Below, one piece after another: positions 1-12,696 of a stretch of 64,000 nucleotides of DNA; position 1 is the first letter of the stretch; each line of letters starts with the position of its first letter. Both the position numbers and the translations under genes were made by a program. This DNA is from Hemiscyllium ocellatum. Lineage: Eukaryota. The notes below the pieces were generated by a model. It saw only the letters and a list, made by a program, of their open reading frames with translations, did no database searches and had not been told where the DNA came from. The stretch is taken from positions 2,077,438-2,141,437 of the forward strand of contig NC_083427.1 in assembly GCF_020745735.1 (NCBI RefSeq), written 5' to 3'.

Positions 1-665
1 ATTGAACCAAGTCTCTGTGATCAAAATAACGTCACACTCCCAGGCACCAATCCAAGCCATAATTTCTTCTGTCATACCAACTATATTCCTTGCATTAAAG
101 CATATGCACTTCAACTACCACTTCCTTTGATTTCATAAGCACTCTGACTACCTTCCCCTTGGGAATGCCAACTTCATGATCTTTACAGTGTCTAGTTTCA
201 GCGTCATTGTCCACTAAACTTCTCTTCTGGTTCTAGGCCGCAAACCAAGTGTTTTAACCCCTCCAAACGGCAGTAGCAAGAACTCCCCCAAGAAATTTAA
301 TTCCAGTCTGGTTCAGGTGGTAGACCATCCAATTTTTAATACTTGCATCTTCCTCTGAACCGGTCCTAATATCCCATACATTTGAACCACTTCCTCCTGT
401 ACCATTCAACAGTCCACGCGTTCACCCTGCCTATTTTTTTCATTTCTATCCTGGTTATCACGTGGCACTGGTAGCAATCTTGAGATCAGTACCTTTGAAG
501 TCCTCCTCTTTATCTTGCCTCCTAGCTGCCTGAATTCTGCTTTCAGGACCTTATCTCTTTTTTTAAAAAGCTTATATCATTGCTGCCTATATGCACCTCA
601 ACATTACTGAGGCCATGTCCGTTCACTCTTCCTTTTCAGAATGCTCTGCAGTAATCGGTGACATC
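1..665 (-). mobile_element. CR1-clade LINE fragment (ORF1 SGNH-esterase end through ORF2 endonuclease N-terminus), inverted relative to the adjacent copy
   Basis: The reverse complement reads a degenerate VQDVTD..SILK (ORF1 esterase-like) near 660 and LKCI.FNARNIVG..WIGAW.CDVI (APE endonuclease start) near 40-130. It runs off the window start. Confidence 0.65.
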
Positions 666-3070
666 CTGGACTGGAGCACCCAGTACGAGTACTATAGATG
701 GGTCAGATTTTGTCCAGTGTGTGCAGGAGGGTTTCCTGACACAGTATGTAGACAGGCCAACAAGGGGCGATGCCGCATTAAATTTGATAATGGGTAATGA
801 GCCCGGCCAGATGTTAGACTTGGAAGTAGCTGAGCACTTTGGTGATAGCGATCACAATTCTGTTATGTTTACTTTAGTGATAGAAAGGGAAGGTGCATAC
901 CACTGGGCAAGAGTTACAGCAGGGGGAAAAGCAAATACGATGCGATTAGGCAAGAGTTAGGAGACATAGGATGGGGAAGGAACCTGCAGTGTATGGGCAC
1001 ATTAGAAATGTGGAGCTTATTCAAGAAAAAGCTCCTGTATGTCCTAGATAAGTATGTACCTGTCAGGCAAGGAGTAAGTTGTAGAGCGCGGGATCCATGG
1101 TTGACAAAGGAAGTGAAATCTCTGATCAAGAGGAAGAAGAAGACATATGTTAGGATAAGATGTGAAGGCTCAGTCATGGCGCGTGAGTGTTACAAGGTAG
1201 CCAGGAAAGACATAAAGAGAAAGAGCACGGAAGAGCCAGGTGGATAAATGAAAAGTTGTTGGCGGATAAGATCAGGGTAAACACTAAGGCTTTCTATAGC
1301 TATTTAAGTAATTAAAAGAATGACAACAGTAAGATTAAGGCCAATCAAGGATAGCAGAGGTAGGTTTTGTGTGGAGTCAGAGGAGATAGGAGAAGCACGA
1401 AATGAATTTATTCGAGAGTAGTCACTCTCGAAAACGACCATGTTGTCGGGGAGAATACTGTGATACAGGCTACTAGACTAGGTTGGTTTGAGGTTCACAA
1501 GGAAGAGGGATTAGAAATCCTGCAGAGTATGAAAATAGATAAGTCCCCTGGGCCGGATGTGATTTATCTTCGGATCCTCTGGGAAGCCAGCGAGGAGATT
1601 GCCGAGCCCTTATCATTGATCTTTAAATCCTCATTATCTACAGGAATACTGCCAGATGAATTGCACATGTGGTTCCCCTGTTCAAGAAAGAGAGTAGAGA
1701 CAACCCTGGTAATTAAAGACCAGTGAGTCTTACTTCAGTTGTTGGTAAAGTGTTGGAAAATATTAGAATACATTAGGATTTATAATCATCTAGAAAAGAA
1801 TAATTTGCTTCGGGATAGTCAGCACGGTTTTGTAAAGGGTATGTCGTGCCTCACAAAACATATTCAGTTCTTTGAGAAGGTGACCAAAAAGGTAGATGAG
1901 AGTAAATCGGTTGATGTGGTGTATATGAACTTCAGTAAGGAGTTCGATATAGTTCCCCACAGTTGACTATTGCACAAAATGCGGAGGAATGAAATTGTGG
2001 GATATATAGCAGTTTGGATCAGAAAAAGGCTTGCTGAAAGAAGACAGAGGGTGGTGGTTGACGGAAAATGTTCATCCTGGAGTCCAGTTGCTGCTGCTGT
2101 ACTGCAAGTGTCGGTGTTGATTCAACTGCTATTCCTCATTTTTATAATCGACCTAAATGAGGGCGTAGAAGGGTGGGTTAGTAAAGTTGCAGAAGACATT
2201 AAGGTCGGTGTAGTTGTGGATACAGACGAAGGATGTTGTAGGTTACAGAGAGACATAGATAAGCTGCAGAGCTGGGCTGGGAGGTGACAAATGCAATTTA
2301 ATGTGGACAAGAGTGAGGTAATTTACTTTGTTAGGAGTAAATGGAATGCAAAGTACTGGGCTACTGATAAGATTCTTGGCAGTGTAGATGAGCAGAGAGA
2401 TCTCGGTGCCCATGTCCAGATATCCTGGGAAGTTGCCAGCCAGGTTGACAGGGTGGTTAAGAAGTCATACAGTGTTTTAGCTTTTATTAATGGAGAGCTT
2501 GTGCTCCAGAACCAAGAAATATGCTGCAGCTGTATGACACTGATGCGGCCACACTTGGAGTATTGGGTACAGTTCTGGTCACCGCAATATAAGAAGGCTG
2601 TGAAAGCTTTGGAAAGGGTGCAAAGGAGATTTACTAGGATGTTGCCTGGTATGGAGGGAAGGTCTCATGAGGAAATTCTAAGGGACTTGAGACGAGTTTC
2701 GTTAGAGTGAAGAAGATTGAGAGGTGACTTAATAGAGACATACAAGATAATCCGAGGGTTAGATCGGGTGGACAGGGAGTGCCTTTTTCCAAGTATGGCA
2801 ACAGCGACCATGAGGGGGCATAGTTTTAAAGTGAGTGGTGATAGATATCGAACAGATGTCAGAGGTAGTTTCCTAACTCTGAGAGTAGTAATGGCATGGA
2901 ATGCTTTGCCTGCAACGGTAGTCGATTCGCCAACTTTAAGTACATTTAGTCGTCATTAGACAAGCATATGGACGTACATGGAATAGTGTAGGGTAGGTGG
3001 GCTTCAGATTGGGATGACAGGTCGGCACAACACCGAGGGCCGAAGGGCCTGTACTGCGCTGTAACCTTCC
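666..3070 (+). mobile_element. CR1/HER1-type LINE, 5'-truncated, degenerate ORF2 (late endonuclease, RT and 3' UTR)
   Basis: ORF-track pieces FVQCVQEGFLTQYVDRPTRG, KSPGPDVIY, LRDSQHGFVKG, VDVVYMNFSK, QFNVDKSEV, RPHLEYWVQFWSP and RGDLIETYKI lie in collinear order, broken by stops and frameshifts. The element ends with the tail gggcctgtactgcgctgta. Confidence 0.92.
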
Positions 3071-3593
3071 ATGTATGGTCGTTGCCCGATTCATATTTAT
3101 TTGCAGTTCATGTTCTCAATATGGAAAGGCTTCAGTGTCACCATAAAGCTCGGGATTATTCTATGTTTGATTGCAACTGTTCTACAGCATGTCAAGTCTG
3201 TAAATGTGATTGTGCAATGATGTAATGGAAGATAGAAAACAGGAAATTGTAATCTCAGTCTCTACACGTAACTGCTCTATAACTCTGCTGGATAGGCCCT
3301 CAGAATCTGTGATAATGTATTTAAAGACGGAGGTCTCAAAGTGCAATGAGAACCCGTCTCCTAAGGAGGCATCAGGAGTTGCACTATTGTAAGGGACGAT
3401 GCAGTTAAATCTCGTTTGATACTGGTGTACTGTTATCACTAATGACCTGCAAATGTAATATTCTCGAAGTATTAACGTGACACAAAATACACTGAAGTAT
3501 GGGCCAAGGGCTTGTACGAAACAAATGACAGGAGAAAAAGTGGGAATTGATATTTCAATTTTTAAAATAATTTACATGAAACGCTTCCCTGGT

Positions 3594-3890
3594 GGGCGGC
3601 ACAGTGGCTATCACTGCTGCCTCACACCGCCAGAGACCCGGTTTCAATTCCCGGCTCCGGCAACTATCTGCACATTCTCCCCGTGTCTGTGTGCGTTTCG
3701 TCTGGGTGCTCCAGTTTTCTCCCACAGTCCAAACATGTGCAGGTTAGGTGAATTGGCCATGCTAAATTACCGAAGTGGTAGATGTAGAGGAATGGGTCTG
3801 GATCGGTTGCTCTTCGGAGGGTTGGTGTGGACTTGTTGTGTCAAAGGGCCTGTTTCCACACTGTAAGTAAGTAACCTAAACTAATCCTAA
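3594..3890 (+). mobile_element. HE1-type tRNA-derived SINE
   Basis: Head gggcggcacagtgg..agcactgct-like with B-box ggtttcaattcc. The tail gggcctgtttccacactgtaagtaa is shared with the LINE 3' end, the established HE1 SINE/HER1 LINE pairing. Confidence 0.85.
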
Positions 3891-4479
3891 ATGATTGAGT
3901 GCTGGAACGTCATTCACTAAATTAAAACTGATCGCAGTCCTCTTTCACTAGATTTGAAAGGAAGCCACATCAATTAAGGGCAGCAGATTCGCTTTCCTGT
4001 AGAAGAGTCATGAAACGGATTTCTAGGAAACGGTCACATTATGTAAAATGCCAAGAATTATTGTGTGTTTTCCAGTATTAATGGTTGTTTCCCAAGTTTT
4101 CTAGTTACTCTGACTCCTGATCTACGCCGGTTTGATGAAGAAGATAACGGTTTATAATTACTTAGTAATGAAGCTGGTGTCCAGCTCAACTGTACTTAAG
4201 ATACTTGAAAACTTCTGTACATTAGAAAACATTTGAACTCGTGTCCAGAATGTTGTGAGCTTTGAACGATTGCCTAAACTAACCCCTATCAGTCAAAATT
4301 AGGATTATCCCATCAGCTTGTGGTTGTTTTGGTGCCTAGGTGCTTTCTGATGTGACGTTTTGGAATTTCTACTGGCAACAAATGCAGTTAGGAAAATGTA
4401 AAACGTTTCTAATCCTAAATGTTGAATGGCGACCCCGTGTGCGGTAGCTTCCTGAAGAAGCCAGCAGATGGTGTGTCTC

Positions 4480-5800
4480 CGTAGCTATTTGGGAGAAAGC
4501 GATTGATTAGGGACTCACACACTTTTGATGTTAAATGTGTATAAAATGTGTAAAAAGGAGAGTGAAGATCTTTGAACACACATGAAAAACATTGTGAAGC
4601 AATAGTAGGAACAAATAATGAATTCAAAATACCCATTACATGAAGAGACAAACTGACATAGGATGTACATTCCATTCTCTCTGATGGTGGTGGTTGGAAG
4701 TGAGTACTTTTTGGCAGAAGGTGATCGGCCAATGGTTGAAAACCTGAACGATTACACAGATAATTCGCAAGATTGGTTCCAGTTTACACAATTGGTTTGA
4801 TGGTAGAATGCACAGTTTGATCGTGGAAGCTATTTGTCGGACTGTAGACTTGTGACTCGTGCAGTGCCTGATTGTTCCTTGCTTGGCGCATTACTGTATT
4901 TTTATCTGCATCAATGATTTAGGCGAGAACATACAAGACACAATTAGTAAGTTTGAAGATGACACAAAATAAGATGTATTGCGGACAGTGAGGAAGATTG
5001 TCAGAAATAAGAGCAGAAAATTGACCAGCTGAGAACGTTGGCCAAGAAATTGCAAATGGAATTTAATAGACACAACTGTGAGGTTTTTCGTTTTGTAACG
5101 ACAAATCAAGGTCAGCGTTTCATGTTGAATCGTAAAGCCTTAAAAGTTGCCATGAAACAGAGCGAACTTGGAGTTCAGGTGCACGGCCTTCATCAGTCAG
5201 TACTTTCAGAATAGAAGTTGGGAAGTTATGCTGTCACTGCACAGAACTTGTTGGGGCCGCACTTGCAGTAATGTTTTCAGTTCTGGTCACCTTGCTGATG
5301 GAAAAATGTTATTCAACTGGAAAGAGTGATGACGAAATTTACAAGGAAGTTGCCAGGATTCAACGGTCTGAGTTAGAGCGAGAAGTTGGACAAGTTAAGA
5401 TTTTTTTTTCTTTGGAGCCTATGAGACTGAGGGTGGAACTTAGTGAAGTGCATACGATTGCATGGGCACGCTGAACGCACTCAGTGTTTTATCCAAAATT
5501 TTGGGAATTGAGGATGTGAAGACATCAGTTTTAATTTTGAGGAGGAAGAATACAAGGAATATTGAGGGGTAACTTTCTTACACAGAGGTTGGCATGCATG
5601 TGGAATGAGCTACCAGAGAAGTACTTGAGGATGGTACATTGAAAACATTTAAAAGGCATTTCAATAAATACACTGTTATGAAAGATATCGGAGGATACTT
5701 ACCATGTGCAGGAAGTGACGTTAAAGTGGAATGAAACTTTGGTCGGCAACAACCAGTTTGGGCCAAATACCCTGTCTCCATACTGCACGATTCTATGCCT
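4480..5800 (+). mobile_element. Old CR1-type LINE 3' fragment (RT C-terminus and 3' UTR)
   Basis: Degenerate CINDLGENI..ISKFEDDTK (the FADD motif) near 4905-4970, followed by RPHL...FWSP-like sequence and the LINE tail. Confidence 0.75.
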
Positions 5801-6015
5801 CTACCAAGCCATCTTCCCGCCCATTCAATTTCTATGAGAAACCAAGCATCTTCAACAATAAATACACCGTTAAGTTATTGTAATGGCATGATCTCCACTC
5901 TAAGTGCTGAACCACTGAATATATATGATTTGATCTCCTTCTCAAGTTAAGATGTTCACGTAGGCGTTGGCTATTTTCTGTCTCTCCTATTGTTAACGGC
6001 TCAGCATGTCAAGGT

Positions 6016-6628
6016 GAAAGTGAGGACTGCAGATGCTGGAGATTAGAGTCGAGACTGTGGTGATGGAAAGGAATGGAAGATCAGGCAGTCTCCGAGCAGC
6101 TGGGGGATTGGCGTTTTGGCCAAAAATCCTTAATCAGGAATGAGACTGGGAGCCGAAGGGGTGAAAGATAAATGTCTGGGGGTGGTGCTGAGTTAACGTA
6201 ACTGAGAGTGCAACAGGTGGATGGAGGTGGGGGTAATGGCGAGAGGTCAGAGGGTAGAGTGGAACAGATAGTTGGGAAGGAAGTTGGGCAGGTAGGACAC
6301 CTCATCAGGGTAGCGCCGAGTTGGAAGGCTGGCTCTGGGATAGGTTGCTGGGTGGGGAAATTAGGAAACTGAGAAAATACATGTTGACACCATGGGGTTG
6401 GAAGGTCCCGAGGCGGAATTTGAGGCGTTCTTCCTCCAGGCGTCGTGTGGTTTGGGAGTTGCGATGGAGAATGGCCAGGACCTGCATGTCCTTGGTGTAG
6501 TGAGAGGGGGAATTGAAATGTTAGCATGTTAATCGAGTAGATAGAAAGATGGGTTGCAATCACTGTTGGAGTTGAGGGATTACAATTTTTTTTCTATTGT
6601 ATCATTGGAGTCTGCAGTCCTCACTTTC
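6016..6628 (-). mobile_element. Neptune-type Penelope-like element 3' fragment with 18-bp perfect inverted termini
   Basis: The minus ORF 6305-6487 (LHR..QTTRRLEEERLKFRLGTFQPHG) is the GIY-YIG C-terminus, homologous to 12440-12540. GAAAGTGAGGACTGCAGA (6016-6033) is the exact reverse complement of 6611-6628. Confidence 0.85.
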
Positions 6629-6849
6629 TCCGACCCAATAAAATGTCTTCTTCTGATGTAAAGCTACCTTACTGAATAGAGTTGATAGCGGGACTTTATG
6701 GTTGTTGTAACCCTGTTGTTTCTTTACTTGTTCTGAAAAACAATCTCCTTTTTCAACAGCTCAAACAGTTCAACTATCCGAGGACAATAACATAATTTTA
6801 CAGAAACAGATGACGTTCGTCATTGATAATTCATCACTGGTTCACAAAA

Positions 6850-7790
6850 CAGTCAGTGGCATGTGTAAACAACTCCTGGGATCCAGTTCATTTGCATTTT
6901 ATTGGGACTTCTAGCCATACAAACAATGTTCACAATGGGTGTCACTTGATTTCAAAATATGTAGCAATTCTTCTAAAACTCTTTGTTTCAGGCAGTTCTT
7001 TCTTCCTCTCATCCACATTTTAAACATCTCAAACAAATGGTAAGACATAGCCTTTAGTTTGGGAATATCTGGAGTAAGGCATATTGTTTCAGTGATCCTT
7101 ACCATTGGTGAAAGACAAACATGCAATAAATGTTGACAAAGACGGCGGCTTTACCCTTCTTTTGAAATTTCCCACCTTAGATTGTGACCTCCAGTTGATA
7201 CCTTTCGGCACAGGTGTCACCCTGATTCATGACTGTCAATCCTTGTACCTCACAAATATATTTTTGCCAAGATCCCTCTTTGAGCTATGACTACACTAAC
7301 CAGACGCTCGGGTGGAACCTGAACAAACATCAATGAGTAGCTTAGCACTGAGTGTGATGCTGCGTTTCAACGATGTTCATTAAAGAGTCCTACATTTCAC
7401 CGATGCTCGAGTATAGATGGATGAAGTAGCATCGAGTCTTGTTCGATTTGACCCACTTTTTGAATACAGGTGATTTTCCAATTTGTCAGGTATTTGTCAG
7501 TGTTGTGGCTGCACTGAAACAGTTTGGCTCGGTGTGTGGCAAATTCAGGAGTAGAAATCTTCAATGCTATTGTTGGGACGTTGTCAGATGCCACAGTCTT
7601 TGCTGTATCAACTGGCAACAAGATGTTTCTTGTTATTACATGGATTGAACAGATCTGATTGAAGACTACATCTGTGATGCAGTTGTGCTCTGGAGTAGCT
7701 GTGGACGACCACATTTTGGATTTTCCTCCTCCATTCAGTTTGATCCTGAATAATTCCTCACACCAGCATTGGATGAGGCACCCTTTGTGC
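6850..7790 (-). mobile_element. Non-LTR retrotransposon RT fragment, a second family distinct from the HER1-type
   Basis: Minus ORF 7397-7792 has DTAKTVASDNVPTIALK..PEFA..AKLFQCS.N..WKI, the pre-RT region of CR1/L2/Jockey-group ORF2. Confidence 0.65.
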
Positions 7791-8082
7791 ATTCAAAAAT
7801 AATTCCTGTACTATTTTGCGCATTACTTTAACCAATGATAAGAGACTGAATTCAGTTCTAATTAATAGCGTTATTCTTGGAAAATATATTGGATTTATTC
7901 ATTAATCATGTGAAATCAAGGCTCGAGTATAGAGTGACCGAGCCATATGGCATGGAATTAGACACTTCAGTCCAATTAGCAGGTGCGTACCACATACTTT
8001 TCGAATTGTATTTTAAACTTTGTAACTACATTTTCACAGTGATTGGAAATGAATTTCTCTTCTCTCTGCTGAAGGACTGTGG

Positions 8083-8209
8083 AGAAAGTGAGGAATGCAA
8101 ATGCTGGAGATCAGAGTCAAAAGGTGTGGTGCTGGAAAACATGGTTGGTCAGGCAGCATCCGAGGAACACAACAGTCGAGGTTTCCAGGATAAGCTCTTC
8201 ATCAGGAAA
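8083..8209 (-). mobile_element. Solo Neptune-type PLE terminal repeat (pLTR) with 8-bp TSD
   Basis: Homologous to 6016-6130. Flanked by GACTGTGG at 8075-8082 and 8210-8217. Carries a degenerate hammerhead (CTGATGA-A-GAGC..GAAAC on the minus strand). Confidence 0.75.
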
Positions 8210-9033
8210 GACTGTGGCTTGTACTGTGTAACATGCGAATGCCCATTGTTGGTCACAAGGGTACGTTTCAGCAAAAAGCCAAACCTGACATCACATACAT
8301 AAAGACACTGATCACCATTTAGTGGTAGATATCTCAGTACTCTGGAAATATATTCTTGTAAACTCTGACCCTAATATCTGTCGATCAGGCCTCAGCACAA
8401 ATCTGGAGTATAACATGACTAAATATTCACACAGCAACATTTAATAAAGGATTCTCGACTTTATTCTTTCAATGCAGCAGATCAGGTGTCATGGCACACG
8501 AAAATGTTCAGCCATGTCTCAACCTCCTGCGCTTTATTTCATGATCTCAAGCCCAGAATCATCACGAAGTACCTGACAGTACACAGGTAGATTGCTATAA
8601 ACCCCTATTAACATTCAGTATTTACCATGTTGTCAGTTTGAAAGGCGACCTCACATTACTCGACTGTTTCACGCTATTCTTCATCATTTCAATTACTGTT
8701 GAATTTTCTTTGTACTGGTTTCTATTTGAAAGTAGCATAAATTTCTCTCTGCGTATTGCTCTCTACCGGTTTTTCTCGTGTCGACTCTTTGAATCTTTAC
8801 ACCAAATTATGCAATGCTGAGATTGAGATACCTTTTTCAACTATCTATGAGGATTCATCTCTCGTCATCTGTGCTGTTACGCTTCCATCCAGTCTTATGT
8901 CTTTTACCCACAGATATGTCGAATTTCTCTCTGAAATGTTGGAACTGTGGTAATACTGCAAGAATAAACTTCTCTTCATTCAGCAATTCGATGAATTGAT
9001 CTTTGGTAACTCGACTCGACACTGAGGCGTACA

Positions 9034-9034
<1 letters not shown>

Positions 9035-9108
<74 letters not shown>
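9035..9108. repeat. (CA)37 microsatellite
   Basis: Perfect dinucleotide run of 74 nt. Confidence 0.99.
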
Positions 9109-9110
<2 letters not shown>

Positions 9111-9924
9111 GATAGAGATGACATGGATTGACTCTGAATGATGCTTATGATGTCTCCTCCTGGAGATGGTCATTGCCTGACAAGTGGCAAGAATCTTGCT
9201 TGCTGCTTGTAGCCAGGACTGCATTCTATACAGGTCTTCTTGCATTTTGGACGCGGATTACTGGTGCTGAAAATTGTCGAGATTGTTACTTTGTCAAAAC
9301 AGTCAATTTTTCTTTGCAAGACAGTTGGGGAATAGCAGTCGCGTCTGTATTATTTTTCAGTGTGTTAATATTGAAAACACTGCAGTTGTTTACATTCATA
9401 TAACGTATTAGTCGTTACTTTTTTGCTACTTACATGAAAGACAATTGTTAACACGCTGAATGTTAACGACCAAGTCCACTGTCGCCCCGTCCCACAACCT
9501 TGTCTGCACCTTATCCATCAGAAAGTGATCATTCTGTTCACCAGCTGCATGCATGTAATGACACCAGCAGGTGGAAGTAAAGTATAAATTGTGCATCGCA
9601 GCCAAAGATTTTCCATCACTTATTATAAGTTGGCGGGGGGAAACGTTCTGGGAGCTGATCACAATCCTGGGAAGCTGGGAGCATGCCAGACAAAACTGTC
9701 ATACGTAGCCTTGCACACAGAAAATCCTCTCGATTTATGCCCAATAAGGACAAAACATTGCTCCTTCATGTTAAGAATATTTTTCAAATGTACCAGGAGT
9801 TTTGTTTAGTTCTCAACCCGTAACACACTGCTGAAAGGAGCATAATATCAAGAAATACTTTTTCAACGATCATTTTATTATGTTGCAGCGATGGTTAAGG
9901 TCTGGAAAAGCAATGGTGGAATTT

Positions 9925-10228
9925 AGATTAGATTAGACTTACAGTGTGGAAACAGGCCCTTCGGCCCAATAAGTCCACATCGACCCGCCGAAGCGCAACC
10001 CACCCATACCCCTACATTTACCTAACACTCCGGGCAATTTTGTAAGGCCAATTCACCTGACCCGCACATCTTTGGACTGTGGGAGGAAACCGGAGCACCC
10101 GGAGGAAACCCACGCAGACACAGGGAGAAAGTGCAAACTCCACACAGTCTGTCGCCTGAGTCGGGAATTGAACCCGGGTCTCAGGCGCAGTGAGGGAGCA
10201 GTGCTAACCACTGTGTCATCGTGCCGTC
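9925..10228 (-). mobile_element. HE1-type SINE flanked by a 76-bp direct repeat
   Basis: Minus-strand tRNA-like head (tgacacagtgg A-box, ggttcaattcc B-box) and (tctaa)n tail. Flanks 9849-9924 and 10229-10304 are direct copies with 5 mismatches. Confidence 0.92.
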
Positions 10229-11084
10229 CAAGAAATAATTTTCCAACGATCATTTTATTATGTTGCAGCGATGGTTAAGATCTGTAAAAACAATGGTGGA
10301 ATTTGTTGTGACTGTTCTGTCAGGAAATAGTGAATGTGTTTCACACTATTGTCAGTGTATGAATTTGTATATCATGAATAATCTCGAATTTCTATCACCT
10401 CTGCCTTTGTGCTTTCAGGAATTGCATCATTAGACTATGTGGTGATTGCTGCGTTGAACAACAAGGCAAAAGTGCGAGATTTCCAAGAAACTATTTGTTC
10501 TGCAAAACAATAGCGTCATGTAGATTTTGTGCTCGTGCATTTGGATTCAAACCATGTTTTGTAAAAATACAGGAATATATTTCATCCTCCTGCTTATGGG
10601 TCTGAGCCATGTTTTGTGAAGACAGAGATGTAGAATGGGACAACAATCATTTATTAACCGGCATGTCAATGCATGCAATGCAACATTGGAATTTGATATA
10701 GCTTGCTCGTCTGTGTAGGAGAGGAATTTATGGTGCAAAGTTAACAACAGTAGGTCATTAAATATGCAATATTTATGTCATTTATTAAAGTAAGAAAAAA
10801 AACTTGGCTATGATGCTTTTCTCTCTCCCATGTCACTCTGCAACCGATCCGATTGATGTACAATATCCAGACAGACATGTATCAAGTGTAGACCAACTCC
10901 ATGACAACCCAGTCTTCCGAATGGACTCCGTAATTCAGAAATTAATGTCACAGTGCTCTTTTCTGTTCACATCCCTGTATCTTTCTTGACAAAATAACAA
11001 TGTTTCCTTTCTTTAGCCTCTGTCAACAAAAACTCACACAAACGTGCAGAGTTCCTCCTCTCTAGTATCGCAATACATAACCCT

Positions 11085-12696
11085 GCTCTTGCCCCACTGA
11101 ACTCATCTCTGCATACCTCGACACAGTCCTGTCCCCCTTCGTCCAAGAACTCCCCACCGACGTTCGGGGCACCACCCACGCCCTCCACCTTCTCCATGAT
11201 TTTCGCTTCCCCGTCCCCAATGCTTTATCTTCACCATGGACATCCAGTCCCTGCACCCTTCCATCCCCCATCACGAAGGACTCAAAGCCCTCTGCTTATT
11301 CCTTTCCCAAAGTACCAACCAGTACCTTTCCACTGATCCCCTCCTCCGACTGACTGAACTGTCCTCACTCTGAACAACTTCTCTTTGCAATCCTCCCACT
11401 TCCTCCAAACCAAAGGAGTAGCCATGGAGACCCGCATGGGCCTCAGTTATGCCTGCCTCTTCGTAGGATATGTGGAACAGTCCATCATCCGCAGCTACAC
11501 TCTCGGCACTGCCTCGTGCTCCCACGAGGAGGTTGAACAGTTCATCCACTTTACCAACACCTTCAACCCCGACCTCAAATTTACCTGGACCATCTCAGAC
11601 TCCTCCCTCCCCTTCCTAGACCTCTCCATTTCTATATCGGGCGACCGAATCAACACGGACATTTACTATAAATCGACCAACTCCCACAGCTACCTAGACT
11701 ACACCTCCTCCCATCCTGCCCGCTGTGAAAAACGCCATCCCGTATTACCAATTCCTACGTCTGCTCTGCATCTGCTCCCAGGAGGACCGGTTCCAATGCC
11801 GAACAACCCAGATGTCCTCCTTCTTCAAAGACCGCAATTTCCTCCTACACGTGATCGACGATGCTCTCCACCGCATCTCCTCCATTTCCTCTTCCTCCAC
11901 CTTTGACCCCCGATGCTCCAATCGCCACGAGGACAGAACCCCACTGGTCCTCACCTACCACACCACCAAACTCCATATACGTCGTATCATCCATCGTCAT
12001 TTCTGCCACCTTCAAACGGACACCACTGCCAGGGATATATTTCCCTCCCGTCCCCTCCCAGCGTTCCGAAAAGACCACTCCCTCCGTGACTCCCTTGTCA
12101 GGTCCACACCCCCCACCCCCCATCAACTCAACCTCCGCTCCTGGCACTTTCCCCTGCAACTGCAAGAAATGCAAAACCTGCGCCCACACCTTCCCCCTTA
12201 CTTCCCTCCAAGGCCCCAAGGGATCCTTCCATATCCGCCACAAATTCACCTGCGCCTCCACACACATCATTTACTGCATCCACTGCAACCAATGTGGCCT
12301 CCTCTACATTGGGGAGACTGGCCGCCTACTTGCGGAACTTTTCAGAGAACACCTCTGGGACACCCGGATCAACCAACCCAACCACCCCGTGGCTCAACAC
12401 TTCAACTCCCCCTCCCACTCCACCAAGGACATGCAGGTCTTTGGACTCCTCCATCGCCAGACTACAGCAACACGATGGCTGGGGGAAGAGCGCCTCATCT
12501 TCTACTTAGGAACCCTCGTACCACAATGGATGAATTCAGATTTCTCTAGTTTCCTCATTTCACCTCCCCCCACCTTGTTTCAGTCCCAAACCTCGAAATC
12601 AGCACCACCTTCCTAACCTGCAATCTTCTTCCTGACCTCTCCGCCCACACCCCCACTTGCAGCCTATCACCATCATTTTAACCTCCTTCCATCTAT
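11085..12696 (+). mobile_element. Neptune-type Penelope-like element, degenerate RT + Cys-rich linker + GIY-YIG (5' part, interrupted by a nested insertion)
   Basis: GVAMETRMGLSYACLFVG (RT; the catalytic YIDD segment is deleted), FPCNCKKCKTC linker, and IIYCIHCNQCGLLYIGETGR (GIY-YIG) in ORFs 11385-11906 and 11861-12616. The start is approximate. Confidence 0.88.

Noticed and set aside
8855-9245. ORFs with CVCVCV runs
   Set aside because: These are translations of the (CA)37 microsatellite.
10100-10228. tRNA-like A/B boxes here and at about 3600, 27500 and 51230
   Set aside because: These are SINE heads attached to HE1 bodies and tails, not tRNA genes.
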